From Tubiluchus corallicola (taxonomy: Eukaryota; Animalia; Priapulida): a stretch of 64,000 bases of DNA. Location of the stretch: contig JAQGDQ010000028.1 in assembly GCA_030141605.1 (NCBI GenBank), positions 1 to 64,000 of the forward strand. The letters run 5' to 3'. Positions 1-12,300 of the stretch are shown here, piece by piece. The position numbers and the translations under genes are program-made. The number at the start of each line of letters is the position of its first letter. Within the stretch, counting starts at the first letter, position 1. The notes under the pieces were generated by a model that saw nothing but the letters and a program-made list of their open reading frames with translations, ran no database searches and was not told where the DNA came from.

Positions 1-126
1 ATAGGATAATTTTCGCTCCATTGGCGGTTTGGACACTCTGGCGCAGAATATAAATCCCACAGCTTCACCATCGCTAAAGTTATGTAAATGGTCATGTTAC
101 ACGCTGACTGTTGCAGTTGCTGGGAA

Positions 127-512
127 TGGTCAGTCACTTCGGGTATGTGGAATGCTAGCAATTATTAATGCAACGATGCTGAAAAATGCCCTATAAATTC
201 AGTTTTTTCTCTCGATCTTATCTATGGAATTTTTTTCTACCAGGAAATTGCTTCACTGAAACTTAGAAAGTCGGTCCACGAAGAAATAAATATTTTTCAG
301 ATCACTAGCAAATATGTATGGTCAGCCACTTCGTGCATGTGAAATTCTAGTTATTATTAATACAGTGATAGTAAAAATGGCTTATAGATTCAGCTTTTTC
401 CCTCGGTCTTCTTATCTATGATATTCTCTACAAGAAATTGCTTCACTGAAAGGCAGAAAGTCGATCCACTAAGAAATAAATGTTTTTTCAGATCACTAGC
501 AAACATTTATGG
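127..512. repeat. Diverged tandem duplication, two units of about 190 bp
   Basis: Blocks tggtcag(t/c)cacttcg, gaaattgcttcactgaaa and ttttcagatcactagcaaa each occur twice at about 190-bp spacing. Confidence 0.85.
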
Positions 513-1692
513 AATTCGAATTTAAAGCTTTATTTCAGAATTTCTTCCATGTAAAACAGTAGTTAAAAATAGTATAATGAATTCTGTTTCTCTGGGCTAG
601 CATTCATATCTTCTCTGCTTTTCTGTAACCCTTCAGTGACCACTGGCCTTCTTTGGGTGATATGTATAAAAAAATCACACAGTTGTGCAAGAAATTTGCT
701 GTCTATCATAAACTTAACCAGACAGACTGTCCAGACAGAATAATACTCATCATCAAATTTATCCAATACAATGTAATGTCACAAATTAGCCACTAAACTG
801 ACCAGTGCAAGCATCTTTTGTTACACCTATCACCTATCTGCGACAGTCATTGGCTACCATCATTTGTTACAGCGGACCGTTTTCTTTTTATTTTTGACCT
901 TTCGTATTGTACACATGTTATATGTCTAGAAAGAGATTTTTGTGTTTGCGCTACGCTGGTCTAGACCATAGTAGAGAGAAATGTTCGCCTAACCATGACT
1001 AGCAACATACTAGCAATGAAATATCATAATCATATTTATCGTCACGATAATACGCACGTATACCAAGTATTTAGAAAAAGGTAAAAAAAATAAGAAAATG
1101 TTTGGGTGGAATCACATGTTATCACCGCATAAATTTCAGCATCGGACAACCTTTTGTTGTTAGTCTGTTCTTAGACACATATGTTCTTCTTGGCGAACAT
1201 TGCAAACCCACAAGCCGTAAAGCTGAAAGACAGAAAATGCGAAAAAGTTTAAATAAAATATGAATTTTGAACCAGGGACTTCTGCTTACATGTCATTTGT
1301 GATGTCATCAACAGTTGGGCTCGCCCGTCGTTAATTAAGTTTTTGATCTATTATTTAATTATCAGAAAAGCTTTTGCAGTATTAGTAGTTAAAATGTATA
1401 CTTTTTATTGGACTTGAAAATGGGGCATCTACATTTAATTAACAGCTTAATTAACTGCGGGTTTGTAGCATTACAAATATTAATCTTAACAGTAAGGTTA
1501 TGATAATAATATGCTGCTGGTAACAATTTTACATAGATTTAGGTATTTTACAATAAATTCCTACTAGTGCTACTTTGAACGACAAACATTTGTGAACAAA
1601 TAATCACGTCTGTCACCTAATTTTCAAAGCATAAAATGAGTACAAAGTTATTGTCCCATTGTTTTGTGCTAAAATATAATTCTACAATTCAG

Positions 1693-1881
1693 CATCTGAA
1701 AGCTATACCAGACCTAAGGGATGACCTGGAAGCTGCCGCCAACGATCCGCATGTCTGGGATGGAGACAAGAACTACGCAGATATCCTGCTGAAATTGCTG
1801 GGATGTTTTATTACGATCATCATGTTTATTGCTGCATTTATCACATGCCACTGCTTTGCTGCTCATGCCACAAAAACATGA
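1693..1881 (+). CDS. Probable terminal exon of a small single-pass/tail-anchored membrane protein
   Basis: Acceptor acaattcag|CAT. Encodes HLKAIPDLRDDLEAAANDPHVWDGDKNYADILLKLLGCFITIIMFIAAFITCHCFAAHATKT*, with higher GC than the flanks. Possible upstream ATG exon from 995 (donor uncertain). Confidence 0.5.
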   Translation, partial: HLKAIPDLRDDLEAAANDPHVWDGDKNYADILLKLLGCFITIIMFIAAFITCHCFAAHATKT

Positions 1882-2031
1882 CGTAGCCTAGCATATAAAT
1901 TGTTGTCGTTTTTGGCTTGGTGGCTTGCAAAATAACTTTATAAAGAAGTCCGTTTTGTCGCGTACTGATCTCGTGCTTGTTGTTCATGTGATGAGTGTTT
2001 ATCGGTTTTCATTACCGTGACGTCGCAATTA

Positions 2032-2221
2032 AGTGGCTTTTACGTGGCATTTGGATGCGTATGCGTTTTCGGGGTGCGGAATAAATAAAGTTGGTTTAAT
2101 TGTTTTCAATGCAGCCTGCGCATGCGTTATTCTTTTTCTGCAGCTATATCTATTGATTTATTTCAGCAGATATTCCGCAGGTGGAAACGCATACGCATCC
2201 GGATGCTACGTAAACGTCACT
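2032..2221. mobile_element. PIF/Harbinger-type MITE
   Basis: About 50-bp imperfect TIRs (agtggcttttacgtggcatttggatgcgtatgcgttt / aaacgcatacgcatccggatgctacgtaaacgtcact) flanked by a TTA duplication (2029-2031, 2222-2224). Confidence 0.8.
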
Positions 2222-2683
2222 TTAGCCCATATTCTAAACTTTTACGAAAAAAGGTTCCATAGAACCGGTAAATGGTGTACCAAAGATATGCCAAAAATTT
2301 TGAGTAAGTTTTATCGAAAAAGCATTAAATCAGCTTCGTTTACAAGTTAGATTAAATCGTGTCACGTTTTCGACTATTTAAAAAAATATTCTTCGGCATG
2401 CTAGAATTGCCACATCTACTTTATTTTGGTGCAAACGTTGTATAACTAGGTGGTAACTGCATTTTTGTTTTATAGTTTTTCAAGTTTGTGGAAACAGAGG
2501 ACAGAAAACAAACCCAAGGTGATAAACTGTTCAAAAACGACAAATGTTTTAATCGTTTTATGTTGCCTTAATATTAAACTTTTACACCTATCTGTAAGCG
2601 TTTTATGATTTCACGCATTGAAAGGCTTGTGCACACCGTGGTTTTTCATATAAATTTAATCTCGACATAATAGGAGTTGAAAG

Positions 2684-3242
2684 CAGAGGCGTATCAAAGG
2701 GGGGTGCGATAGGAGGCAATCGTCACCGGGCGTAAGGATGAGAAGACGCAAAATTCTCCTAGTGTTATTTTTGTTAATTAGTAATTAACAAAAGTTTTCA
2801 AACTTCAGCAAAATTGCCTAGTCAAAGACTAGCTGACTTAGTTACTACGTACTGCCTAGAAAATGCTAAGGCTCAACGGCGCATAGCTTAGCATATCAAT
2901 AATTTTGGGAGAAACAGTGGCATTATTCTTTTAATAAGAAAACCTGTAGAGTTCTGTATCTTTTATAATCCTTGCATCTTTTAATGATGGAGCTGGAGCG
3001 AGCAACTTTCCTAGACCAACGCATAAAAATTTATTTAGGTGCAATACTGCACATTAATGTCAGGATGATTCTTAATTTTATCATATCATGTCGAAAAAGG
3101 AATGTCGGGCTCTGGTACTTAAAAACGTGCACAATTTATGTCTTCACTCACTAAACAAATGATTAAAACATTAAAAGGGTAAGGCATCAGAAGTTTCAGA
3201 CGTTTTTTGTCCCCGTCACCCCAAGAATTTGCTACGCCACTG
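2684..3242. mobile_element. hAT-type MITE
   Basis: TIRs CAGAGGCGTATC / GCTACGCCACTG with 8-bp TSD gttgaaag / gttgagag. Confidence 0.8.
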
Positions 3243-3949
3243 GTTGAGAGTTAAGACTTAAGTGCAATAACATATCATTGTGAAAAAAGATGTTTTAGGC
3301 ATTTATTTTCTGTCTTTGCAGAAAACGATACTGAAACAGAACGGTTCTACAGCAGCGAGTCTGAGACGGAAACAGAAAACAACGAAAGCTGAAAAAACAA
3401 CCAAAAGTTATAAAAGAAAAAAAAATCGCTCAAAACATTTTACTATTGGCTATAATAATTGATAAGACAATAGATAAATTTACAATGTCCTATAAGTTAT
3501 ATAATTATGAAATTGAACACTACTTATAACTTTTATATTAGAAAAGATTTAGATGTGTTCATTTTTGCCATGGTGTTAAGAAGAAGCTTACTCATTTTTA
3601 AATTTCTTTTTAAAAGCGAAATAATAATTATTTAATTTCAAAATTTAGGACACCGAGTTTGTGATTTTTGATACTTATTAATCTTCCTATAGCACCAGCA
3701 GCAATAGAGGCAATAAAAAATATTTTAGAACGAGTCTATGCTACAACCCTGAATATTACATTTATTTACCACTTGTGAGTCCAAATTAATCCTAAATATA
3801 GTGTTGTTGAATTGACTTGTCTTAATACTACCCGTTGATTATGTATTAAAAATCACAATTAAACTAAAAAATCACACCACGCAATACACATCAATAATGA
3901 TAATTATTTTATAATAAAAGCTACGGAGAGAATTCGCACAAATCGACCT

Positions 3950-4640
3950 TTCATCCACATTTCCTCTACAGCAACAAAATTAAACAAAACAGCTGGTATT
4001 TTTGCAAAGTTAAGACACTATTAATTTGCCTATTTTGAAAATGATCTACCATGCATTAGTCTATCCGTATCTCCAATACTGTGTGTAGTCTTGGTGGCAA
4101 ACAAAAAAATACTTATTACAACCACTGTTAACAGGGCAGAATAAAATAGTTAAATACATGACTTTCGCCAATTACAGAGACCATCAACACCATCATACAT
4201 ACACCTTAGTTTATTGAAAATAGAAGATATTTATAATCTTGTATTATTTAAACGCATGTATAAGTTTAATAACCGGCAGTTGCCTGAACTATATACTAAC
4301 TACTTTACCTTAATCAAAGACGTTCACTCTCACTATACTAGGTCTTCCAGTATGAGACACTATTTGCAAATACGATTTAACTCAGCGTATAGCTTAAATA
4401 CCTTACAGCACAATGGAGTTATTTTGTGGAACAGTGTGCCCAAGACAATCATTTCCTCTCCTTCTTTAAAAATAACTACAAAGCAATGTAGGATATTTTT
4501 AATTAGTAAATATTCACTGGCGTAGAAGACCAGAGGTTTTCTCCTTTTTGTGTCTTTTTGCACTAGTGTTTTTCTTTTACTAATAGGTATCTCTACAACT
4601 TTTGTTACTTTTATTAATAAAAGGTATAAATCAATTAAAA
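3950..4640 (+). mobile_element. 5'-truncated LINE (CR1/L2-like) ORF2 C-terminal remnant
   Basis: Degenerate frames MIYHALVYPYLQYCV*SW and LKIEDIYNL...YFTLIKDVHSHYTRSS...GVILWNSVP, typical of the post-RT region. AATAAA tail near 4616. Confidence 0.85.
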
Positions 4641-5074
4641 TGAAATTATTCATTCATCGCAGCCTATGTCTGTATCTGTTTCTACTTGGAAAATAGCCCT
4701 TGAATGCTCTTAGCTTATAACCAGCAGAGTATTTGCTTGATTAGTTGACCAATTAATTTATGTGAGAAAACTATCATTATCTTTCACATAGTACAATCGA
4801 ATATATTATTTTAGTTTTTATTTCGATTAAGAATCATACTTTGCCAATGATTGCCCCTCTCCCTTCATTATTCATAATATTATATGCATATTATGATATT
4901 GCGATTGTTCCTAATTCTTATAATTTGCCCCCCCTCCTCCCTCCTCACAGCCCATCCTTAATGGTTATGATAGCTACATTACTACCGTCAATTATATTTA
5001 AATGTTCTATACAATTATAGTTATTAAGTATAATGTATAACTTAATCTCTTCTCCCCCACTTAAATATGGGTAC

Positions 5075-5183
5075 ATATATGTGTATATGTATATAATTGT
5101 ATATACAAGGAAGTAATAAGTAAGTATGTATGCATGTATATATGTATGTGTGTGTGTGTGTGCGTGCGCGCATGTGTGTGTGT

Positions 5184-5271
<88 letters not shown>

Positions 5272-5294
5272 TTATATACACGTCTGCATGAGTG

Positions 5295-5360
<66 letters not shown>

Positions 5361-5420
5361 TGCGTGCGTGCGTGTATACATATATATATTGGCATGTGTT
5401 ATGTGTGTACGAATATATAT
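5075..5420. repeat. Compound (TG)n/(TA)n microsatellite
   Basis: Long pure TG run 5190-5268 and TA run 5299-5332. Confidence 0.98.
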
Positions 5421-6156
5421 CTACTCTGTATATAGATTTAGAATATTATAAAGTTCCCCATACTAATTGACAGCTTTAAAAGATCGTTATGGTACTCTTC
5501 TGTGGAATTAACAATATGCATTATCATATATATATATATATGTAGTTATTACAGCTTGTTGGTACATTACCATATAATCAGATAACTCAAATTCGTAACC
5601 ATTTAAAATTTTTCACTCTAAGGCTCACTCAATTGCATATTATGTTTTCCTTTCTCAACTTTCAGTTTATTGCTCTTATACCATTGCTATTATTATATTA
5701 TGTACTTCACCCTTATTTACATTATTAAGTTATCTACAGTAGCATGCATAATTATAAGGGGAGTGTGTTAATGACCGTATGGTCGTACACCCACCTCACA
5801 CTACTCAAATTGTTTTATTTTACATTTATTGATGTGTTTGATATTGTATTTTTTGATGTGTGAAAATAAGTTCATAGTTCATAGCGGTGACATAATGAGT
5901 TTTAAACAATTGAATTTGCTTGAGGAAATAGCAAGGAGAATGGTCTAAAATACAGTAAAATGCATTGGCGGCCCTGCTGGGGGAGCCTACAGGCTACAGC
6001 GCTTCTTCATGCTCCCTAGCAGCTTTTTCGTTGGGCCCACCCTTTTTCTAAAGGCTATATCCCCCTGATGATTTATACCTAAACATCACAGCCATGTTCA
6101 CGTACCTGTACACTTCTCTATCCCAAGAAATTATGTTGAAAATATGTCTTAATACG

Positions 6157-6164
6157 TGACGTCA
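6157..6164. promoter_or_regulatory. Palindromic CRE/ATF site in the likely promoter of the 6378 gene
   Basis: TGACGTCA followed by a TGACGT half site, about 220 bp upstream of the ATG in a CpG-richer patch. Confidence 0.35.
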
Positions 6165-6377
6165 AAGATGACGTACGCATATTCCCACCCGCTCAACCAG
6201 CACTACGGCAGTACCTACACAACGAATTATTTGCAGTTGTCTACCAGAACTCGCAAGTGGATCCGTAACCGAGTTATATTCGTGCGACATAAGTTACATA
6301 TCATAGAATAGCTAGTTATACCGCAGATTTCATCGCAGAGTGGATAGTGTGATTAAGTAGTTGCAGCAGTTTCAATT

Positions 6378-9300
6378 ATGTCTTCTGGGAGTGTTCAATC
6401 GCAAACTGCCGAAATTTCACACTGGAGCAGAAACGTCGCAACAAGAAGAGATACTAAATCTTCGTGGCTCCACAAGTACATTAACACGACGATACTAAAA
6501 CTGATATTGAAAGGATCACTGATAGGATTCATATGCGCGTTTGGTATGAGAAATTTTGCTTGAAATTTTGTATTACGTGTATTTTGAAAAGTACTGCGTA
6601 GCCCAACGGCTGTATAAGAATTTGCAATCAATAAACCAAATCTCTGTGGTGCCTCCATCGATTCTTTGTATACCTAGCCTAGTTAAGCTTGGAAACTGCG
6701 TAAAAATTACAACTCACAATTAAAAAATAAGAAAAAAGAACACGGCAGATGTTCTTTTTTCTTATTTTTTAATTGTAGTGTTTTTTTACAAACTTTGTGA
6801 AAACTGTGAGATAAAATATAGTAAAATGTCTGAGTTCGAGTTCGACCAAAAATTTTAGGACTCTAATTAAGTCATGCCTTTATTGGATTAATTTTGAACT
6901 ATGTCATGATACAGCGATGCCCCGTAGTGCCCCGTTGATTACAGAGACTGCTATAGTAGTCGTTAGAGTAAACTTTTAAACCCGAAGTAAGCGTGCATCT
7001 GTGGTGTAGTGGTTAGTATAGGTGCCTGGAAAAGTAAAAGTTCTTACGTTCCTGTCCAAGTTGGGTGAAGAAATCTTGAGATTTTCTAATTTAATATTAC
7101 TTTTGTGTACTTATGGGGTAGAAGTAAAAATTCCGCAAAACTAGTACTTCTAATTTTTTTCATTACTATCATATTCTAAATAGCATCACAGATCAAAGAG
7201 CACTTATTTTATAAAGATCGTTTAGTTTCGGTTTTCCACATGTTTTTCTGAGAATTTCATGTTTACGCTATGTATGTATAAATACACTATGTGCGTTTGT
7301 TTAAATAGTTATTGCGTTGACCTAATTTTAACTCAAACTCAGGTCGCAAAACACCTGCCTGATTAGAACGTTGCCTTTATCGTCGTGGCAGCGGCGAGAA
7401 AAAACAAGCGAGAGGTTATGGGGTGCACTTAACAACTAAAGCTAAACACAAAACCTCCCCATTGCACCGCGCAAACATGAAATTTCAGTTCAAAACTAAA
7501 AATTGCAAAATTTGTAGTTAACCGAAGTTACATGAGAGCGCGCTGGCAAGTAATTAAAAATTGCGCATTTAAAGGTGGCAATCTGGGCTCAAACTTTTAG
7601 CTGCGCGACTATTTTGTAATGTACTGTGTTCATTGTGAGTGTGGCTGACCTGCAATTTTTAACTCTTAACAGACAAAGTGATTATATTACCGACCAAGCG
7701 GGGTAAAAACTTACCCCATGAAAGTTTTGCTCAATATGTGTTACAAACTGGATAGAATGACCAACTGGTAATTGAGGTACTCCTATTAATACAAAACCAA
7801 GTTTTGTGGCAAGTTGGCAATGGTATATATGCGCATCAAGGATAAAAAGAGGCTTTCCATCATTGCACTATATTGTTGATGCTATACTATTTATGCTTGG
7901 TTTTTCAAGTCTTGTGAAAATTTTTATAATAGCCTAACGATGTTCACTGTTTAGTTCTAAAACATCCACTTCGTTTTCACCTGCTGGATTTTCTAAAATT
8001 TTATCTTCATCAGCTTCTAGCTTAGTCACCTGTGCAGCTAAAGTTCCCGCCATATTCATTACTAAATTACTAAAACTACTCAACTTCATTAGTAAATGAA
8101 GAATGTCCACAAACTTTAACATGAAATTTCCTCAACAGATCGTTAGGGAAATCTCTTTGCAGAACTGCAGGCCGATTTGGAGGTTTACAACACTTCTCAG
8201 TTTTAAAAGTAAACGCATGGTGCTGCCAGAAAGAAAAACACTGCAAATTAAATTCCAAAATTTTGCCTACATAAAAAACCAAAGGGTTACCCCACATCAG
8301 GTAATATCTGGCACCCGTGCTTTGTAAAAAAGCATGAATAATACTTTTAACAAAACCAAGGTATGGTTGCATAACAAATCGAAAACTATTTAATCACTAC
8401 TAGCTTGAAAAGTTTGCGTTGTGCATATCAATATAAAAAAATGTGAGAAAACACTCCTGGGGTAATTTTTTACCCCGCCTTGGTCGGCTAAGGGTTAATT
8501 GAGCAACTTTCAGCCAAACGCGCAGTAGTTAAGCGAAAGAAAAAGGCAGTGTCTTACGAAGAGGCGTACGAGAACAAAGAAAATCAAATTAATGAAGATA
8601 AATAATAAATTATCGTCTTTGCTGCCATCTTTTAAAAGTTTCAGTAACAGATTCTGATATTGGAGATCAAATAATTACGAAGTTTGAAGTTAACTGCACA
8701 TTCAAACACTTTTTAGTACAAGCGATTAACACATTTCTGCTGCCCAATGCTTTTTTGTATTTTGGATTTCTAGTATTTTAACTGAACTAGCGCTTCAATT
8801 TATTGACTTTTTATGCGGTTTTTGTTCTTAAATTAACGTGTACCAGTATATTGTTACTACACGAGTGAACGGAAATATTGCGTGATTATGTTATAAAACA
8901 TATCACCGTAAGTTTACATAAGAGCATGTTGTAAGGGAAGGCCATCTAGACAAGAGTCGATTCTCCGAAGTAGTGTATTGTCTGCACTTAATGTCAAGAT
9001 AGATTGAATATATATATAATTTATTTGCCATAAAATAGATTACAAAAAAATCACAGTCCTCAGTGTTCAAAAAATTTTCAATACTAAAACACTGTTAAAG
9101 GCAAATGCGTCTGGTGCAAAACTATAAACTACTAGTGCATAAAATTATAAATAAAAGCAATTATATACATACAATATTATACATAGGCACCATCCATTAG
9201 TAAAGTACATCATGATACACACATAATACATTACACAATACATAGGTACAATATAATAAATAAAATACATAATAAGTGTAAGACTAAATTTTCATCAATT

Positions 9301-12300
9301 ATCACAATATGCGCAATACATTAGTATGTAATAATTAAAGGACAAGAAAAGGGGTACCTGAAGTAGGTTTCAGAAAAATCGCCTTGAAAAATAATATTGC
9401 TTTACAGCATTTTAATCGTATATTGTACTTGTGTTAAAAAGAATTTTTGTTTGTTTCCATTTTAATACTCCCGCAATACTGTTCCGAAGTCGCCATTACA
9501 TGACGTCACTTACGCAAATCAGGAGAAGAAAAGGCAATGGTAAATTATGCCCCAAAAAGCTTTCCATGCAAATTTATATTACTTAGCATTTCGCTTTAAT
9601 ACTGAAAAGACTTATGTAACTAGAAATAATAATTTAAAATATTTGTGCCAATTGGTAAAATATCCGAAACGCATAATCCGAAAACGTGTTTTTAATATTA
9701 TTGACAATATACAGTAATCTAAGATTTTACTTGGGTCTAGTTAGTAACATGTGTAGTGCGCATGATCTGATTATTTTTTCGAACTTCACGCAATGTTATC
9801 AAACGACCTACCATTAAAATGGTTGCGCTTAACCGTCATCGCGAGAGACTAAATTTACAAATTTTATACAGCGTTACTGCTGACGCAAGCCCAGCAACCA
9901 AAAAGGCAGTATGTAAATGGTATAAAATTTCAAGACGAGCTTTATGTGTAAGTGGAGGGTTTTCTTGTGCTTTAACAAAAATTACTTTCACAGATAGCCG
10001 TTTTATTTCACGAATTATTAGAACGAAATTATAATTATTCTCTTTCAGTTATTGGGCACATGGGTACAAAAAATTTGAATTACAGAAGTTAACGCCATTT
10101 ACATGCATTGGTTTTTGAAATTTCCTTAGTTGGCGTTATTCAGTTTCTTTTTAAAAATAGCTAGTGTTTCTGAATGTTTGATTGTAGATGTGAGGGAGTT
10201 CCATTGATAAACTGCTTGTTTGCCTAGTGAATTTATTACCAAATTTATTGTTTGTTTAAATTTTCTTGGGGTTATTAGTACTGCTGTTCTGATCAGTAGC
10301 TGAGAAAAAAGGAAGTTCGTTATTTTTGAAGAGGATGTTGAGGCCTTTAATATAATTATATAAAAATATTAAAGTGTGATAGTCCTGCTGAGATTCTAAC
10401 GTCGGGATTTTCATTAAAGTTCTTAAAGTTGTTTCTGAATAGTTGTTTTTTGTGGACGCTTTATAGGAGTAACCAGAAATCTGTTTTAGCGCATATTTTT
10501 GAAGTGTGCTTAATTTCGAAAAATATTCTGGTTTGACATTTTGTAGTAACATGCAATCATGTAAAAAGTCGGCCATTACTAATGTTTTATATACTTATGA
10601 GAATTTTTGTGTGCTTTGTCAGTTGTCATGAAAGAGCTTTTAAAATTGTCTTTTCGGTAATCGCTGGGCTTGTTATTGGGCGAGCACAGTTTGTCGGATG
10701 TCTATTTGTCTTTTTATGAATTAATAATATATGCATCCTCTTCATTGTGCATCATAGGGCCATTAAAAATTGCATGTATGCGCGGGACCGTGGATACCGT
10801 GGATACACACGATCCTCTTCACCAAAACGGCGAGCAAACTGACATCAATAAAAAGTGCCAGTTTGCAAGATCAAAAACACGTGCTTTATTCACTTTGTAC
10901 GTACATAAATTTCTTCTTTTCCACTAATCAACGATTACTGTTACTGTTTAATTATCTTTCATTACACCGCAAGAGCTCTGTGACATACAGTCGAACTTTT
11001 CTTAATTTATCTATGTGGGTATCAAAAATATCTTGTGCAGATAATCTCCATATATTAATGTATATTGACCTACATTCAAACATATGTTCTGTAGTATCAT
11101 TTGCAAAATGACAGAAAGAACAATTGAACATTTCAAATCTTCTTTGTACGAGTTTTTAAAATGTGCTTTTAGATCAGTCATGTTCAACCTTATAGCCATA
11201 ATTTCTTTCATCTCATCTAAACGGTATTTTAACACATAGACTTGCCTTTGAAAACTGTTGTTTTTTAGAAATCTTAATTTTTTCATGTTCTCTGTTTTAA
11301 TTTTAAGTTCATTTTTGAGAAACACATCAATTTCGCTTTTTATGTACTTCTTTGATTTAGACTTTTTGGCTGAATTTATATCAATTATATTTAGGTCAAT
11401 TTTGTATTTGATCATAATATCCTTAATTTCAGAGTACCAACATTTATTAAAATTGTTACTTATTTGTACTCTTAAAACCTGCTTAGCCAACCTTTCATCA
11501 TTTTGAATTCATTAATAAGTGATAGAACATTAATTTTTTACATTCTACTCTACATAACATAGGCCATGTCTGCGTTTCATCTAGCATGCCCCAATGTGGC
11601 GTAATGTTTTTTGGCACAAGATTTTTGATAATGCGCCTCTCTTAATACTCTTAAACATATTTACTTCTGTTTGAGTGAGGTTAATCCAAGTCTCACTATT
11701 ATTTGTTAAAGATGGAACAACCACATTTTGGTATAACATTAAACGTACAGCTGTTACAGAAAAACCTACTTTTGTCTCACTACCAATAGCCATCACCTCA
11801 GATATGATAAATTTCATACGCTCTTTCCTTTTTTCAAACATCAAATAATTATTTTTAGTATTAAACCAGTCTTCCACATATTTATATTCATTTGTTTTTT
11901 TATTTGTCCATTCTTTATGTTCAGTACTAATTCTTTCGTATTTTGTTTTTTTGTCATATTAATCACCATATACTTTGTTTTTTTTAATTAAACGACAGCA
12001 TTTTTTTAGTTTCTATTTCTCTGAAATCCTGAACAGCTTTGCTTACAGTTTTTCACTGCCAACAGATAAAACACCGTCTACATATAACAGCGTACCTATT
12101 TGTAAATCTGGACCTAACATAGTAACGCGGTGACTTTTTATATCTATAATGTTATTCATTGAAATGCCGCATAATACCGCTCCAATGGGTGTGCCTTGTC
12201 TGACATTTTCAATTTATTTAATATTTTCTGTGAATTTAATAGGCGTATTAATTAAACCATTGGCTTCACTATTTAATTTGTACATTAAAAAAGAAGGGGG

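Noticed and set aside
5042-5470. Four overlapping ORFs of 105-117 aa (HT/CV/IY repeats)
   Set aside because: Artefacts of the TG/TA microsatellite.
6995-7030. tRNA-like 5' sequence gcatctgtggtgtagtggttag
   Set aside because: A-box only, with no anticodon arm, T-arm or B-box. At most a truncated SINE head.
7569-8635. Possible Kolobok-like ends (TTAA-aggtggca ... tgccatct-t-TTAA) enclosing the piggyBac-like element
   Set aside because: Only about 8 bp of imperfect match in AT-rich DNA, too weak to call.
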